This document shows positions 19,505 through 30,210 of a DNA stretch of 64,000 nt, in pieces (within the stretch, counting starts at the first letter, position 1; each line of letters opens with the position of its first letter). The translations under genes were made by a program, and so were the position numbers. This DNA is from a virus. The DNA is taken from positions 1-64,000 of the IMG/VR virus record IMGVR_UViG_3300013132_005385; one strand, written 5' to 3'. The notes beneath the pieces were generated by a model that did not search any database, was not told where the DNA came from, and saw nothing but the letters and a program-made list of their open reading frames with translations.

Positions 19505-21034
19505 TTATTCTTCGTTAATTCCGTCTAGAATGTCGGGATCCGATGCAAGACCAGCATTCAATGACCATTCTTTTTTTCCAAGTACTAATGTTTGATATAT
19601 TCCCTCGCTTTTTCTATAATTTATTTCGATTCCCAAAACAACATAATTTCCAGAGAGAAAGAGATTATTTTTTCTCGACTCCGAATCCTTCATAGAATTT
19701 GCAACCGGATCTTTACTAAAAGAATTTTTAGAGTCCGCAGTGACAGTGGAACTTCCCTCGTGAACTATGTTTACCACAATATTTTGTCCTCTATATATGA
19801 AAGGAGTCCATGCTCTGTTTTTTATCTTCAATAGCATTTTATAATTATCATTCTTATTCAGAATGTTTTGAACCATTGCCTGTTGGATGTTTTCATGAGC
19901 ATTTTCGTGGTAAACAGTACCAATGTATGTTTTTTTGATTTCCTCCTTGTAAATGTCTTCACCCAATCTTCCTTTGTTTATAGTTGCTCTTGCACCCAAT
20001 CTTTTATTTGTTATGCTTTCTATTGGATAGGTAACAAATTTATTTTTAGGCTTATCAGATTCAAGCTTAGAATCATAAAACTGTATATTTTGAAAGTATC
20101 CAAGGTCATTGTTAATTCTTCCCGCATTATGTTCCACAGAGAAAGCGGTAATAAATGTTGGGTATTTTTTAAAATTATTGGAATTAGAAAACATCAGGGG
20201 AAAGTCTCCTTCAAATGGTTTAGTTCCGCCCATAATAGATTTATTTTCATCTACCCCATAGGGAAGCTTTAAAGTCTCCATCTCGTTTTTATCATCGAAT
20301 TGCTTTCTCATATTGACAAAGTTCAGATTATAATATTGATCTATCCAGCAGTCGAAATAATCCTCGTCAGAAAGCCAAGAAGCATTAGATACATTTTTTA
20401 TAAATGAATAGTAGTCAAGGTTGGGGGAAATCCAAGTCATCTGGTCTGATGTTTTCTTCTCGTTACATGCAAATCCTAACCCCAGATCATTAGATATTTG
20501 TAATAAAGCATCGTATGAAGAACCGTTTATAGCCTTACAGATATGCTTGTATATTTTGGGAATTCTCGTTTCTCCCCTAATAGTAAAACTTATATATTTT
20601 CCAGTTGACCCGTCACTATCATTTCCTCCCAAATTACTAGAAAAGGTAGAAATTACCTCGGTAACTATAAAGTCCATTCTGATTGGCTTATATTCCTCTC
20701 CTAGTGCTCTTATATACAGCGAAATTATATCTCCGTCTTTGGGATATGATGTATAAATAAATCTTTCATCCAACGTCTGAAATCTAAATATAATAGTGGG
20801 TAAAAAAGTGCTTAGATCAAGAGTAAATGTTTGTATTCCGCTAACAAAAATATTATTTATTTTAATCAGCGGTTGATCCAATCCAGATGAGTTTTTCTGT
20901 GTGTTATTGGAAGCAAGATCTTGTTCCCCCTGATCCCCTTCCCCTTTGGATGTGTTGACTGTGGAGAGTTCATCCAATATTATTTCAGGCTTGGTGATTT
21001 GCAGTATGGTCTTATTTAGATTTATGTCCGCCAT
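19505..21034 (-). CDS. Baseplate hub protein (gp27-like), putative
   Basis: SSYDALLQISNDLGLGF, WIDQYYNLNFVN and SGNYVVLGIEINY (hub-like GxYxV); sits between gp53-like and gp5-like genes. Confidence 0.55.
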   Translation of the reverse strand: MADINLNKTILQITKPEIILDELSTVNTSKGEGDQGEQDLASNNTQKNSSGLDQPLIKINNIFVSGIQTFTLDLSTFLPTIIFRFQTLDERFIYTSYPKDGDIISLYIRALGEEYKPIRMDFIVTEVISTFSSNLGGNDSDGSTGKYISFTIRGETRIPKIYKHICKAINGSSYDALLQISNDLGLGFACNEKKTSDQMTWISPNLDYYSFIKNVSNASWLSDEDYFDCWIDQYYNLNFVNMRKQFDDKNEMETLKLPYGVDENKSIMGGTKPFEGDFPLMFSNSNNFKKYPTFITAFSVEHNAGRINNDLGYFQNIQFYDSKLESDKPKNKFVTYPIESITNKRLGARATINKGRLGEDIYKEEIKKTYIGTVYHENAHENIQQAMVQNILNKNDNYKMLLKIKNRAWTPFIYRGQNIVVNIVHEGSSTVTADSKNSFSKDPVANSMKDSESRKNNLFLSGNYVVLGIEINYRKSEGIYQTLVLGKKEWSLNAGLASDPDILDGINEE

Positions 21035-21627
21035 TATCTAAAAATGTTTTTTTGAGCTAATTTAGATTTCAATTGGGTCAAAGATACGTTTCTATTGGAT
21101 TTAGTTCGACATTGACCTATATCAGGGCCAAAAATTAATTTGCCATCCCCAATTTGTATTTGTTGCTCTCCATCCGCAAGAATATTAGGAGGTAAAGCTT
21201 GAGCTGCATTGGATATATTTTTTGAGTTTAAATACTCCAATCTATCATTACTGATCTTAGATATCTTATCTTGTAGCTCCTTTCTAAAAGTCTTGGATTT
21301 ATTGTTCTCCTTAATTCTTCCGCTATTGGAAAGATCAGTAACTGTTTGATCTCCCGGTATTGCTAATATTTCTCCTCTTTCCAAACTTAATGGATTGGAG
21401 ATATTATTGATTTTCAGCATTGTTCCCAGGCTTGCTTGGGATTTCATATAAAGAAGAGCAACCAAATCTGCTCTCATCTCGGTTTCTTCAGTCACTAGAG
21501 CTATGGATCTGAGGGTAAATCTAACTCTTCTTGGATCCCATTCAGCGGGAACAAGGTCTATCATTTTAGCACCAGTTCTTGGATCTATTCTCTCTAGTTT
21601 TTTTTCTATGATATCTATACCTAACAT
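21034..21627 (-). CDS. Baseplate wedge gp53-like (LysM-like) protein
   Basis: RADLVALLYM...LKINNISNPLSLERGEILAIP matches the gp53 RxDxxAxxxY...NxIxNP pattern. Confidence 0.7.
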   Translation of the reverse strand: MLGIDIIEKKLERIDPRTGAKMIDLVPAEWDPRRVRFTLRSIALVTEETEMRADLVALLYMKSQASLGTMLKINNISNPLSLERGEILAIPGDQTVTDLSNSGRIKENNKSKTFRKELQDKISKISNDRLEYLNSKNISNAAQALPPNILADGEQQIQIGDGKLIFGPDIGQCRTKSNRNVSLTQLKSKLAQKNIFR

Positions 21628-21642
21628 CTTTTAATTTTTTTA

Positions 21643-23493
21643 TTAATTACCAGGAAGATTTTCACCCGCAATTTGTCCCTGAACAACAGAAAGGGTTCCG
21701 TTTCCAGTTTTTCCTTCGGCAGTGATTTCAGCAAGGGATTTTCCGGTGATATCCTGGAATGCTCTAAGAGCTTCTTCCGATGTCGGGAGATTACCAAGGT
21801 ACATCCTTCCATTTCCCCTATTAAGCTGGGACTCAAAGTCTCCTTTGTGTCTTTGCCTAGCGTGTTGCATTTGGAAAGTTGCTTTAAATCCTATCGGGAA
21901 ATCATCAGGACCTAATGTTTCATCAAAATCTATAGTGACACTGGAGCAAATTAGATTTCCGACCATTGCAATTGGATTCAAAGGATTTCCCACAACCATA
22001 TGCCAATCTCCGGTTGGATATCCGCTTAACATCATAGGTTTAAAGTAGATTGTTCTTAGAAACTGGTCCGAAATAAAAACAGAAAGGGATTTCATAAATT
22101 TAGAATTAGGATCAACCCCTTTGGATGGATCCTCTATAAATCTTTTCAAGTCATCTGCAGCCTCCTTGGCGTATTTTTCAAACTCCTGTAGTCTATTCAC
22201 CGTATTTTGGCTTAGTACACCGCTGACCGCTTCCCTAATATATTGTAATGGATTTGTTAGAAGTTTAGCGTACCCCTCTCCTCCTCCAGGAAATCCGATT
22301 CCCACATTGGTCTGTTCAAGCCTAACCTCAGGAGATAAAAAGGTGCCATAATCTGATCCTAGCACTAAAATATTGGTCATTAAATCCAGAAATAAAAGCT
22401 TGGTGTTCATCTGACCAACGGAGGTTAAATTGTAATCAAACGCAAGAGTAAATGTCTCCATACCTCCGCTAAATCCTCTTCCTCTAACCATCATTTTATC
22501 TACAGTATTAAGATTAACAAATATTTTTTTAGATAACGGTCCACCAGCACTCGTTTCAAGATCTAGAAAGAATCTTCTCAATCTGTTAATCTGCCTCTCC
22601 GGATTCTCCAATGTTCCTAAAATTTTATCTATATCAGATGATGCCTGGGCAAGAGGATCAGAAAGTGCAGATTTTAAAACGTCTCCAAATGGTGTATTCA
22701 TTAATCCTATGTCACCCGTTTTCATGTTAAGCATGTCGGGCTGACTTTCTGGATTAAAATTTAAACCAGTGGTAAATTTTAATATTCCTCCTAGAGTGTT
22801 TCCCGTTCCCTCGCCAAAGTATGTTACAGCTTGGGCAACGGGTAAAGCTACGTTCAGTTCCCCTTTATCACTTATGATTTTTTGGATATGGTCTTTGGGT
22901 CCTTGATCCATAGACACGCTTTGTCCCGAAACATCAACTCTAAGATTTGATGTTGGAACTCTTAATGAGTCTAAAACAGGACTTGGAAATCTTCTTAAAG
23001 TAATCATTCTATTATTAGGAATAACACCATAATGCTTGCAAAATATAAAGTCCTTAACATTATAAGGCTGGGATCTATATTGGCTGTTCTGAAAGTCCAT
23101 AAATGCTGGAACCCCTTGTGAATTAGGTTCAGAAACAGCTTTGATGATATTAGCAGCAGTGGGATTTCTAGAAATTGCCGGGGTTATAATTCTGGCTGCG
23201 CTGGTTGTTTCGGATTTATGATATCTGACTCCGCTTTTTCCAAGAACATAATAAGCAAAAAGTCCAGTCAGTGGATTATTAGCTGAAGAAGCTTCATAAA
23301 ACAAACTTTTAGGAAGTTTATCTCTTTCACTAAGCTCAAATGTGCCAAAAACTTTATCACCAGCATTCTGAAAAGTAGGAGAATTAGTAGATTGTATTCC
23401 AGGTTCAATTACTGATCCTCCAGATCCAGCATTTGATACCGAAGGTGGATTTAATACCTGTCCCGTTTGATTTACTGGATTTTCGCCTGCCAT
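21643..23493 (-). CDS. Putative baseplate/tail-tube junction protein
   Basis: First gene of the baseplate-hub operon, behind a late motif; C-terminal NLICSSVTIDFD...FPIGFKATF resembles tube-like folds (gp48-like). Confidence 0.45.
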   Translation of the reverse strand: MAGENPVNQTGQVLNPPSVSNAGSGGSVIEPGIQSTNSPTFQNAGDKVFGTFELSERDKLPKSLFYEASSANNPLTGLFAYYVLGKSGVRYHKSETTSAARIITPAISRNPTAANIIKAVSEPNSQGVPAFMDFQNSQYRSQPYNVKDFIFCKHYGVIPNNRMITLRRFPSPVLDSLRVPTSNLRVDVSGQSVSMDQGPKDHIQKIISDKGELNVALPVAQAVTYFGEGTGNTLGGILKFTTGLNFNPESQPDMLNMKTGDIGLMNTPFGDVLKSALSDPLAQASSDIDKILGTLENPERQINRLRRFFLDLETSAGGPLSKKIFVNLNTVDKMMVRGRGFSGGMETFTLAFDYNLTSVGQMNTKLLFLDLMTNILVLGSDYGTFLSPEVRLEQTNVGIGFPGGGEGYAKLLTNPLQYIREAVSGVLSQNTVNRLQEFEKYAKEAADDLKRFIEDPSKGVDPNSKFMKSLSVFISDQFLRTIYFKPMMLSGYPTGDWHMVVGNPLNPIAMVGNLICSSVTIDFDETLGPDDFPIGFKATFQMQHARQRHKGDFESQLNRGNGRMYLGNLPTSEEALRAFQDITGKSLAEITAEGKTGNGTLSVVQGQIAGENLPGN

Positions 23494-23511
23494 CTAATAA
23501 AACCTTTCTTT

Positions 23512-23519
23512 TATATATT
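23512..23519 (-). promoter_or_regulatory. Putative late promoter AATATATA
   Basis: Intergenic, upstream of baseplate operon. Confidence 0.6.
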
Positions 23520-23528
23520 TAGATTCGA

Positions 23529-23843
23529 TTACTGGACGTAAATGAACTCCAGATTGTCTCTCTCAAAATGTATAGAAAGATTTTTTCCTAAATTCCTGAT
23601 GGATGCCTGAGTGGAATCAGTAAATATCATGCAAACGTACTCTTCTTTGCACTTTTTTGATGTGTAGGATGCTATTTTTTTATTTACCCACTCCACAAAG
23701 ATCCATTCCCTTACGGGGTTCATTTCTTTATGGGTAAATCCGTTTGCTTCAAACCAACTATTCACATCGATAAGATAAGTAGGACCCGAATTGGGATTCA
23801 GGCTTTTCATCGATTCTATTGATTTGACAACATATACGGTCAT
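23529..23843 (-). CDS. Hypothetical protein
   Basis: 104 aa ORF in co-directional operon. Confidence 0.6.
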   Translation of the reverse strand: MTVYVVKSIESMKSLNPNSGPTYLIDVNSWFEANGFTHKEMNPVREWIFVEWVNKKIASYTSKKCKEEYVCMIFTDSTQASIRNLGKNLSIHFERDNLEFIYVQ

Positions 23844-23850
23844 CCAGATA

Positions 23851-24033
23851 TTAATCGTTTTGTTTTTCGGAGTTTTGGTTCGCCTGACGTGTTAAATGCT
23901 GTAGATGCAACATTTCTCCATATTCTTTAGCCCTTCTGGTTCTTTCCAGTGTTTGATTCAGGGTTTCTTTTTTTCCAAGAAGTCCCATTTGTTTGGCCAG
24001 CTTTCTTCTTTCTCTTCTAGATTGAGATTGCAT
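23851..24033 (-). CDS. Small basic hypothetical protein
   Basis: 60 aa, SRRERRKLAK N-terminus, operonic spacing. Confidence 0.55.
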   Translation of the reverse strand: MQSQSRRERRKLAKQMGLLGKKETLNQTLERTRRAKEYGEMLHLQHLTRQANQNSEKQND

Positions 24034-24038
24034 ATAAA

Positions 24039-24569
24039 TTAAAAATTATTCTTGAAGTGTTTAATAAAAAGGGTAGACACTAAAGCATCGTCCAATGATA
24101 AAGCATCTGAAACGCTCAGCATTTCAAAATTTGTGTCTCTCTCGTTTTCTGAACCGTCAGTTGTTTTTTCTTCTTTTGCTAGTCCGGTCACATCAACAGA
24201 AAAACATGGATTAGGGGTTGAGATCATCTTTGATGTGTAGATGTTACCTAAAAACTTCCATCTTTTAACATCTTCTGCCGATATTCCAGATTCTTCTTTT
24301 AGTTCTCTTATAGCAGTTTGTAAAATATTGGCATCATGATCATCTGGGGATCCAGTAATTAGGGTTTTTGTTATCCCTCCTGGTCTTGCTGAGCTAATTT
24401 CAGATATTATACCAATCATAGTTGGATTTGAATCTTCGTCCATGATATATGGCATGATCACAACAGAAGGCTCTCTCTGCTCTAAATAAATAGATCCGTT
24501 GTTCTCAATTACATTGAGATATCCATTACTGTGAATCGTCTTCTTGGATTGATTGTCTATTGTCTGCAT
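24039..24569 (-). CDS. NUDIX hydrolase
   Basis: Nudix box variant GSPDDHDANILQTAIRELKEESGI. Confidence 0.85.
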   Translation of the reverse strand: MQTIDNQSKKTIHSNGYLNVIENNGSIYLEQREPSVVIMPYIMDEDSNPTMIGIISEISSARPGGITKTLITGSPDDHDANILQTAIRELKEESGISAEDVKRWKFLGNIYTSKMISTPNPCFSVDVTGLAKEEKTTDGSENERDTNFEMLSVSDALSLDDALVSTLFIKHFKNNF

Positions 24570-25173
24570 TCTTCTTATATATCTCCCTAATATTTTTTCT
24601 TAGGGCCTCCTTAATTAGTTCCAAATCCATATCATCAACCACAAAATTTATTATTTCTTTTTCAGCATCTTCAAAAGAACTATTCAGAACATCATATAAA
24701 CTTTTTGGAGGAAGATTAAGTTTCAATTTAAAATTCACATCAACCCAGTTGGGCTTCTGCTTTTGTAACAGGGATCTAATAGGAGAATCTATTATATACT
24801 GAGAATTCCCGGATGTATCGTCTATCAATTGTATATTTCGGCTTCTTCTGGAAGTTTCCCTTTCTCCAGGCGGATTTAATTCTCTTTCCCTGATTTCCCT
24901 GGCTTCGCTTCCATCCAATCTGAGCATAAACTCATCAATAATGGAGTAGTTTATTCTGGACCCATCTGTGAAATAAACCCAGAATATTCCTGTGGTTTCA
25001 TCGAATATAACATCTTGAAGATCAGTTATTGATCCTTTCTGCTCCCCTTTTAACCATTTAAAAGAAAATCCCTGGAGATCTTCTTTAGCCTTAATTAAAT
25101 CTTGGTTTATCGCTTCAATTTGTTCTTCCATATTATTGCTTTTTTTTAGAAGATTTTTTATCCATTTTATCAT
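24526..25173 (-). CDS. Hypothetical protein
   Basis: 215 aa ORF overlapping neighbours; start could be MEEQIE. Confidence 0.6.
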   Translation of the reverse strand: MIKWIKNLLKKSNNMEEQIEAINQDLIKAKEDLQGFSFKWLKGEQKGSITDLQDVIFDETTGIFWVYFTDGSRINYSIIDEFMLRLDGSEAREIRERELNPPGERETSRRSRNIQLIDDTSGNSQYIIDSPIRSLLQKQKPNWVDVNFKLKLNLPPKSLYDVLNSSFEDAEKEIINFVVDDMDLELIKEALRKNIREIYKKNADNRQSIQEDDSQ

Positions 25174-25420
25174 TATCTTCTATTATTTTAATTTCAGTGA
25201 ATCCGTCATTGGAATGGTAGCTAAGGTGGTCCTCGAGATCCTTCTCAATAATCCAGTGCTCCTCTTTTTTCTCTTTACCCTTGCCCTTTGGTATTATTCT
25301 TTCCCATATAATTATGTTATCCATAATCGGGTCAGGATGTCTATAAAATCTGTGATATGATTTCATAGATGTTCCTGGGGCTCTAACCTCTATAATTTGT
25401 CCATATTGCAACTTTTCCAT
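25133..25420 (-). CDS. Hypothetical protein
   Basis: 95 aa, first gene after a putative promoter. Confidence 0.55.
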   Translation of the reverse strand: MEKLQYGQIIEVRAPGTSMKSYHRFYRHPDPIMDNIIIWERIIPKGKGKEKKEEHWIIEKDLEDHLSYHSNDGFTEIKIIEDNDKMDKKSSKKKQ

Positions 25421-25430
25421 TTTACTCTAT

Positions 25431-25461
25431 TTTATAGGGCAAATATATGGGATTATTTCAA
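25431..25461 (-). promoter_or_regulatory. Putative promoter TTGAAA-N19-TATAAA (also contains TATATTTG)
   Basis: Read directly; TAnnTTTG is the Bacteroidota -7 consensus. Confidence 0.45.
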
Positions 25462-26162
25462 ATTCCATTTATCACTAAAAATTTTTCTTCTCCGTATGTT
25501 ATTCTATCGAGCTCTTCTCTGTTTTCTATAACAACCTCAGTTGTTCTTCCAAGTGTATTACTATGATGCTCAACTATGGAATTAGTCACAAGAAAATGAT
25601 TGATCCCCTTTTTATTTAAAGTCATTACATAATCATTGTCGCTATACCAATGTGTGTATCTTTCATCCAAATCCCCTATAATATCGTAAATTTTTCTTTT
25701 CTGTACTATACACCAGCCGGATATAGTTTCACGAATAACAAGTCCCGCATAAATACCGGTATTGATCCCGATTCCAATTTTAGGCTGGGTCATAGGACAA
25801 ATCGGGTAAAAAGACATAAAATCAGGATTGGAATCTCCAAATTCCATTATATTAGAGATCCAATTCTCCTTAAAGATCAGGTCGTTATTACAAAGAGCAA
25901 CATATTCCGATTTTCCATGTTTTCTGCCAAAATTTAAAAATTTATGGTAACTATATGGCATTGGAGATTTTAAAGTCTCTATATTTTCATACTGAGTAAA
26001 CTCTCTCTTCCAATCTATGCCCTCCTGAGATTCAACCACTATTGCATTAATATTGACATCAGATTCGGATTTAAAAAGGGAATCCAAACAATTACGGGTC
26101 AGACTAAAACATTCATCGTTCTTTGCGTAACTGACTATGATAACGTCTACATTTCTCATCAT
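25458..26162 (-). CDS. Glycosyltransferase family 2
   Basis: VDVIIVSY, NFGRKHGKSEYVALCNNDL, IGDLDERYTHWYSDND. Confidence 0.85.
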   Translation of the reverse strand: MMRNVDVIIVSYAKNDECFSLTRNCLDSLFKSESDVNINAIVVESQEGIDWKREFTQYENIETLKSPMPYSYHKFLNFGRKHGKSEYVALCNNDLIFKENWISNIMEFGDSNPDFMSFYPICPMTQPKIGIGINTGIYAGLVIRETISGWCIVQKRKIYDIIGDLDERYTHWYSDNDYVMTLNKKGINHFLVTNSIVEHHSNTLGRTTEVVIENREELDRITYGEEKFLVINGI

Positions 26163-26965
26163 GATTGGTATGCGTCTCTGATTCTAGAGGATTGTTCAAG
26201 AAAAGGTCCAAGCCTATCCAACTGCAGAATTGATTCGCTGTCGGATGCGGACATAGATGGAACTGGATGGACTTCAACAAATATTCCGTCTGCACCTGTT
26301 GCCATAGCAAAATTCATCATAGTTGAGACTAGGTCAGGATCTCCTCCTGTTGTACCAGAGCTTCTGTTAGGTTTTTGAAGACTGTGGGTGCAGTCAATAA
26401 TGACCTTAGTGCCAATTGATCTTTTTATTCTGGGTACCACAGTGGCGTCGACTATTAATTCATTATATCCAAACGTTGTTCCTCTTTCACAGATCATATC
26501 TCCAATACCTCCAAAAGCCCTATATTTTTCAATCACATGAGCACACGATTCAGGCGAAAGGAATTGTCCTTTCTTGATATTTGTTGGTTTGCCAGATTGG
26601 GCACAAGCTTTAATCAATTCAGTCTGTCTGCATAAAAAAGCAGGGATTTGGAGATGTGTGACGTACGGATCTACTAATTCAACATCAGTGGTTTCATGCA
26701 CATCGGTCATCACAGGAATCTGATATTTTTTACCTATTTCATGTAGAATGCGCAGTGCTTCTCTCTCGTCTATGCCGGTAAAGCTCTTAGAAGATGTTCG
26801 GTTAGCCTTCTTATAGCTTCCCTTAAAAATGAGATCGAATCCGAATTGATTGGATTTTTTAATCAGATATTCTGCAATGATTGAAGAGGTGAAATAATCC
26901 TCAATCACACATGGACCTGCTATTAAAATTTTAGCCTCTTGAGACCTCGCCGAGATATCCTCCAT
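26159..26965 (-). CDS. kdsA: 3-deoxy-8-phosphooctulonate (Kdo-8P) synthase
   Basis: IAGPCVIE, KANRTS, QIPAFLCRQT, NIKKGQFL, ERGTTFGY, DCTHSLQ and EVHP motifs. Confidence 0.95.
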   Translation of the reverse strand: MEDISARSQEAKILIAGPCVIEDYFTSSIIAEYLIKKSNQFGFDLIFKGSYKKANRTSSKSFTGIDEREALRILHEIGKKYQIPVMTDVHETTDVELVDPYVTHLQIPAFLCRQTELIKACAQSGKPTNIKKGQFLSPESCAHVIEKYRAFGGIGDMICERGTTFGYNELIVDATVVPRIKRSIGTKVIIDCTHSLQKPNRSSGTTGGDPDLVSTMMNFAMATGADGIFVEVHPVPSMSASDSESILQLDRLGPFLEQSSRIRDAYQS

Positions 26966-27515
26966 GGTGAAATTTGCTATATTGTTCTTTAGTGAATTTT
27001 CTTTTTTCTATGAGTCCTGCAACTATCATATCACAGATCACTGACATACACGTGGTTGATGTTGTTGGGGTTAATCCTAAAGGACACACTTCCTCAACTG
27101 GCCCAAACTGAACGACTTCGGCGCACTTAATTTCAAAATGATAACTCCTATTTCCAACTATGGCAACAATCAGATTTTTATATTCAAGGTTTTGCTGGAT
27201 TAGCTCCACCAGCTGAATTATTTCGGTGGTTTTTCCTGAGTTTGAAAATACAAACACTATATCACCTGGCTGAATAATTCCAAGATCCCCATGCTGTGCT
27301 TCTGAAGGGTGCATGAAGGATGCAGATATTCCGGTTGAACATAAAGTTGTTGCAAAAGCATGTGCGACCTGTCCAGCCTTTCCCATACCAGAAGTTATTA
27401 TTCTAGTTCTCTGGGTCATTCTTAAATCCAGCCAGTGCACTAGTTCGTCTATTCTTCTGACTGGTATCTTACTTATTGCATCAATTTCTTTCTGAATTAT
27501 CTCGTGGTAGTTCAT
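26931..27515 (-). CDS. kdsD: Arabinose-5-phosphate isomerase (SIS domain only, no CBS)
   Basis: GMGKAG, HPSEAQHGDLG, SNSGKT, PLGLTPTTSTT, FHHGGYLG. Confidence 0.9.
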   Translation of the reverse strand: MNYHEIIQKEIDAISKIPVRRIDELVHWLDLRMTQRTRIITSGMGKAGQVAHAFATTLCSTGISASFMHPSEAQHGDLGIIQPGDIVFVFSNSGKTTEIIQLVELIQQNLEYKNLIVAIVGNRSYHFEIKCAEVVQFGPVEEVCPLGLTPTTSTTCMSVICDMIVAGLIEKRKFTKEQYSKFHHGGYLGEVSRG

Positions 27516-28522
27516 GCTTTTCTTTTATTAATTTGAAAATCAATCATCTCCTTTAGAATATCATATATCGTCATTTTAGATTCCCAGCCTAGATCATTCA
27601 GGGCTTTTGTGGAATCGCCGATTAAAAGGTCGACTTCCGCGGGCCTAAAATATTTTGGATCTATTGATATTATTGTTTTTCCCTGGTATAAGCATATTTC
27701 TGTAGCACCTTCTCCCTCCCATTCGATGTCCATACCTAATAAGAAAGCAGTTTTGTTCACTATTTCCCTAACAGTGTGGGTTTTTCCAGTGGATAGAACA
27801 TAATCTTCAGGGGTTTCCCTCTGTAGCATTCTCCACATACCTTCGACATATTCTCTGGCGTGTCCAATATCCCTCTGCGCATCAAGATTGCCCAGCTGGA
27901 ATGAATCCAATAGTCCAAGAGAAACATCGACCATGGAATCAACTATTTTCTTCTCCATGAAGTTTTCACCTCTTCTGGGTGAAGTGTGATTAAACAGAAT
28001 TCCATTACAAGCAAAAAGACCGTAGGATTCTTTATAATTCTTGATAATCCAATATCCATAGAGTTTTGCAACTCCGTAAGGGGATCTGGGATAGAATGGG
28101 GTCTTCTCCGTCTGGGGAACCTCCTGAACCATCCCGAAAAGTTCAGATGTTGAAGCCTGATACAATTTAGTTTTTGGGGAATGAGTTTTAATAGCCTCTA
28201 GAATATTTAGTGTTCCTATTGCATCAACCTGTCCAGTATAATATGGAATCTCAAAAGAGATCTTCACATGACTCTGTGCAGCTAAATTATATAATTCATC
28301 AGGTTGTAAATTGGAGACAAGATTGGATATGCTTACAGGATCCGTAATATCTGCATAGTGCCAATAAAAATTGGGATGTTCTCTAAGATGATCTATTCTC
28401 CATGTATTAAATGATGACGATCTACGAATTGTACCATGAACCTCGTAGCCTTTTTTAAGGAGAAGTTCCGCTAAATAACTACCATCCTGACCGTTAATTC
28501 CCGTGACTAAAGCTACTTTCAT
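27512..28522 (-). CDS. gmd: GDP-mannose 4,6-dehydratase
   Basis: MKVALVTGINGQDGSYLAE, NLAAQSHV, YPRSPYGVAK; start moved to 28522. Confidence 0.97.
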   Translation of the reverse strand: MKVALVTGINGQDGSYLAELLLKKGYEVHGTIRRSSSFNTWRIDHLREHPNFYWHYADITDPVSISNLVSNLQPDELYNLAAQSHVKISFEIPYYTGQVDAIGTLNILEAIKTHSPKTKLYQASTSELFGMVQEVPQTEKTPFYPRSPYGVAKLYGYWIIKNYKESYGLFACNGILFNHTSPRRGENFMEKKIVDSMVDVSLGLLDSFQLGNLDAQRDIGHAREYVEGMWRMLQRETPEDYVLSTGKTHTVREIVNKTAFLLGMDIEWEGEGATEICLYQGKTIISIDPKYFRPAEVDLLIGDSTKALNDLGWESKMTIYDILKEMIDFQINKRKA

Positions 28523-29435
28523 ACATTTTTTTATAGAATTCATATGTGCTTTTAATTCCGTTTTCCAAAGAAATTTTTGGAAACCATCCGGTGGAAAATA
28601 TTCTACTAACATCCATAACCTTTCTCATTGTTCCGTCGGGATATGCAGGGTTAAATCTAATGCTGCCTTCATATCCGATTATTTCCTGGATTTTATATGC
28701 TAACTCTCTAATCGAAATGTCCTCGCCAGGACCAACATTGATTATTTCAGATCCTGAGTAATTTTCGGAGAGAAATATTAGGGCATCCGCTAAATCATCA
28801 ACATGTAGAAATTCTCTCATTGGCGTTCCTGTGCCCCAAATTTCAACTTCAGGTGATCCTGAGATTTTTGCCTCATGAAATTTTCGGATTAAAGCGGGGA
28901 AAACATGACTAGTATTAAGATCGAAATTATCTCCAGGTCCATATAAATTAGATGGCATTACTGAGATAAAGTCGCATCCATATTGTTGATTGTATGATTG
29001 ACACATTTTTATTCCAGCAATCTTGGCAATTGCGTAAGCATCATTTGTGGTTTCTAATGGTCCAGTTAAAAGGTATTCCTCCTTGATAGGTTGGGGACAT
29101 TCGCGAGGATAAATGCAAGACGATCCAAGAAATACCAATTTTTTGATTTCGTATCTATGACAGGCTTCTATGACATTAGTCTGTATACGAAGATTCTGTG
29201 TGATGTAGTCAGCCTTATAGTCATTGTTAGCCTTAATTCCACCAACTTTTGCTGCACAAAGAAATACCAGATCTGGCCTAAAATTTCTGAAATATTCGAA
29301 GACCCTTTCCCTCTTGGTTAGATCCAAATCATTTCTAACCGGATGGAGAATCTCATGATTGGACCTTGTATTTTTATATTTTGCGAGTAGATTTGATCCA
29401 ACTAAACCCCTAGATCCTAAAATTAATGTCCTCAT
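28494..29435 (-). CDS. fcl: GDP-L-fucose synthase
   Basis: GSRGLVG, AAKVGGI, FLGSSCIYP, YAIAK, SNLYGPGDNF, WGTGTPMREFLHVDDLA. Confidence 0.97.
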   Translation of the reverse strand: MRTLILGSRGLVGSNLLAKYKNTRSNHEILHPVRNDLDLTKRERVFEYFRNFRPDLVFLCAAKVGGIKANNDYKADYITQNLRIQTNVIEACHRYEIKKLVFLGSSCIYPRECPQPIKEEYLLTGPLETTNDAYAIAKIAGIKMCQSYNQQYGCDFISVMPSNLYGPGDNFDLNTSHVFPALIRKFHEAKISGSPEVEIWGTGTPMREFLHVDDLADALIFLSENYSGSEIINVGPGEDISIRELAYKIQEIIGYEGSIRFNPAYPDGTMRKVMDVSRIFSTGWFPKISLENGIKSTYEFYKKMYESSFSHGN

Positions 29436-30210
29436 ACATCTTAATTAAAATTTCATCCGGGATTATTATACTCTCGTCTTTTTTTCCAATATCAATTGTC
29501 ATTTTGGGTAGATCTGGACTGCTGGCAACTATAATCCCGTCACAACAATACGTGTTATCTAGATCCACTTCGGATATGATGTGATAATTATTATTCAGCA
29601 ATCTATCTATACAAGAATAATGTATTTGATTGGAATGCGTTGATATAAAAAAATAGTCTATAATACATTTTTTCATTGAATCCATGGATCCATCTAACAT
29701 CTCTACTTCATTTCCTTGTATATCCGAATGTAGTATATCAACTCTTTCTATTTTTTGTTCATTTAAAAATTTATCTATAATTATCCCATCTTTGCCAACA
29801 TGTGAATTAACGAAATTTCCTTTAAAATGATTAAGATCAAAGTTTCTTATACCACTTTCTATTTCTTCTTTGCCAGGTTCTATCATTATAGATTTTCCCT
29901 TGTTAAATTTTTTCAAAAAAAGCATTGAATAAAAAGCCCAATAAGATCCCAGTTCTATCATTATAGGATTTTCTTTCTTAATATTTTCTAGTATAACGGA
30001 AAAAAGATACTCCTCCTGCGGCTCATGAACCCCCCTGTTTAATAAAAATATCTCAGAGAATTCATCATAGTAACAATTCTTGTATACCTTTAATCCATTA
30101 TACATATGGACTATATCTTTCTCGCAGAATCCGGATATTTTATCCCTTACAATCTTTTTATTTATAGGGTCCGAAATAATCTCCTTAAATCTGTTAAAAT
30201 AAGCATTCAT
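29410..30210 (-). CDS. FkbM-like SAM-dependent methyltransferase
   Basis: MIELGSYWAFYS, DILHSDIQGNE. Confidence 0.75.
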   Translation of the reverse strand: MNAYFNRFKEIISDPINKKIVRDKISGFCEKDIVHMYNGLKVYKNCYYDEFSEIFLLNRGVHEPQEEYLFSVILENIKKENPIMIELGSYWAFYSMLFLKKFNKGKSIMIEPGKEEIESGIRNFDLNHFKGNFVNSHVGKDGIIIDKFLNEQKIERVDILHSDIQGNEVEMLDGSMDSMKKCIIDYFFISTHSNQIHYSCIDRLLNNNYHIISEVDLDNTYCCDGIIVASSPDLPKMTIDIGKKDESIIIPDEILIKMYEDINFRI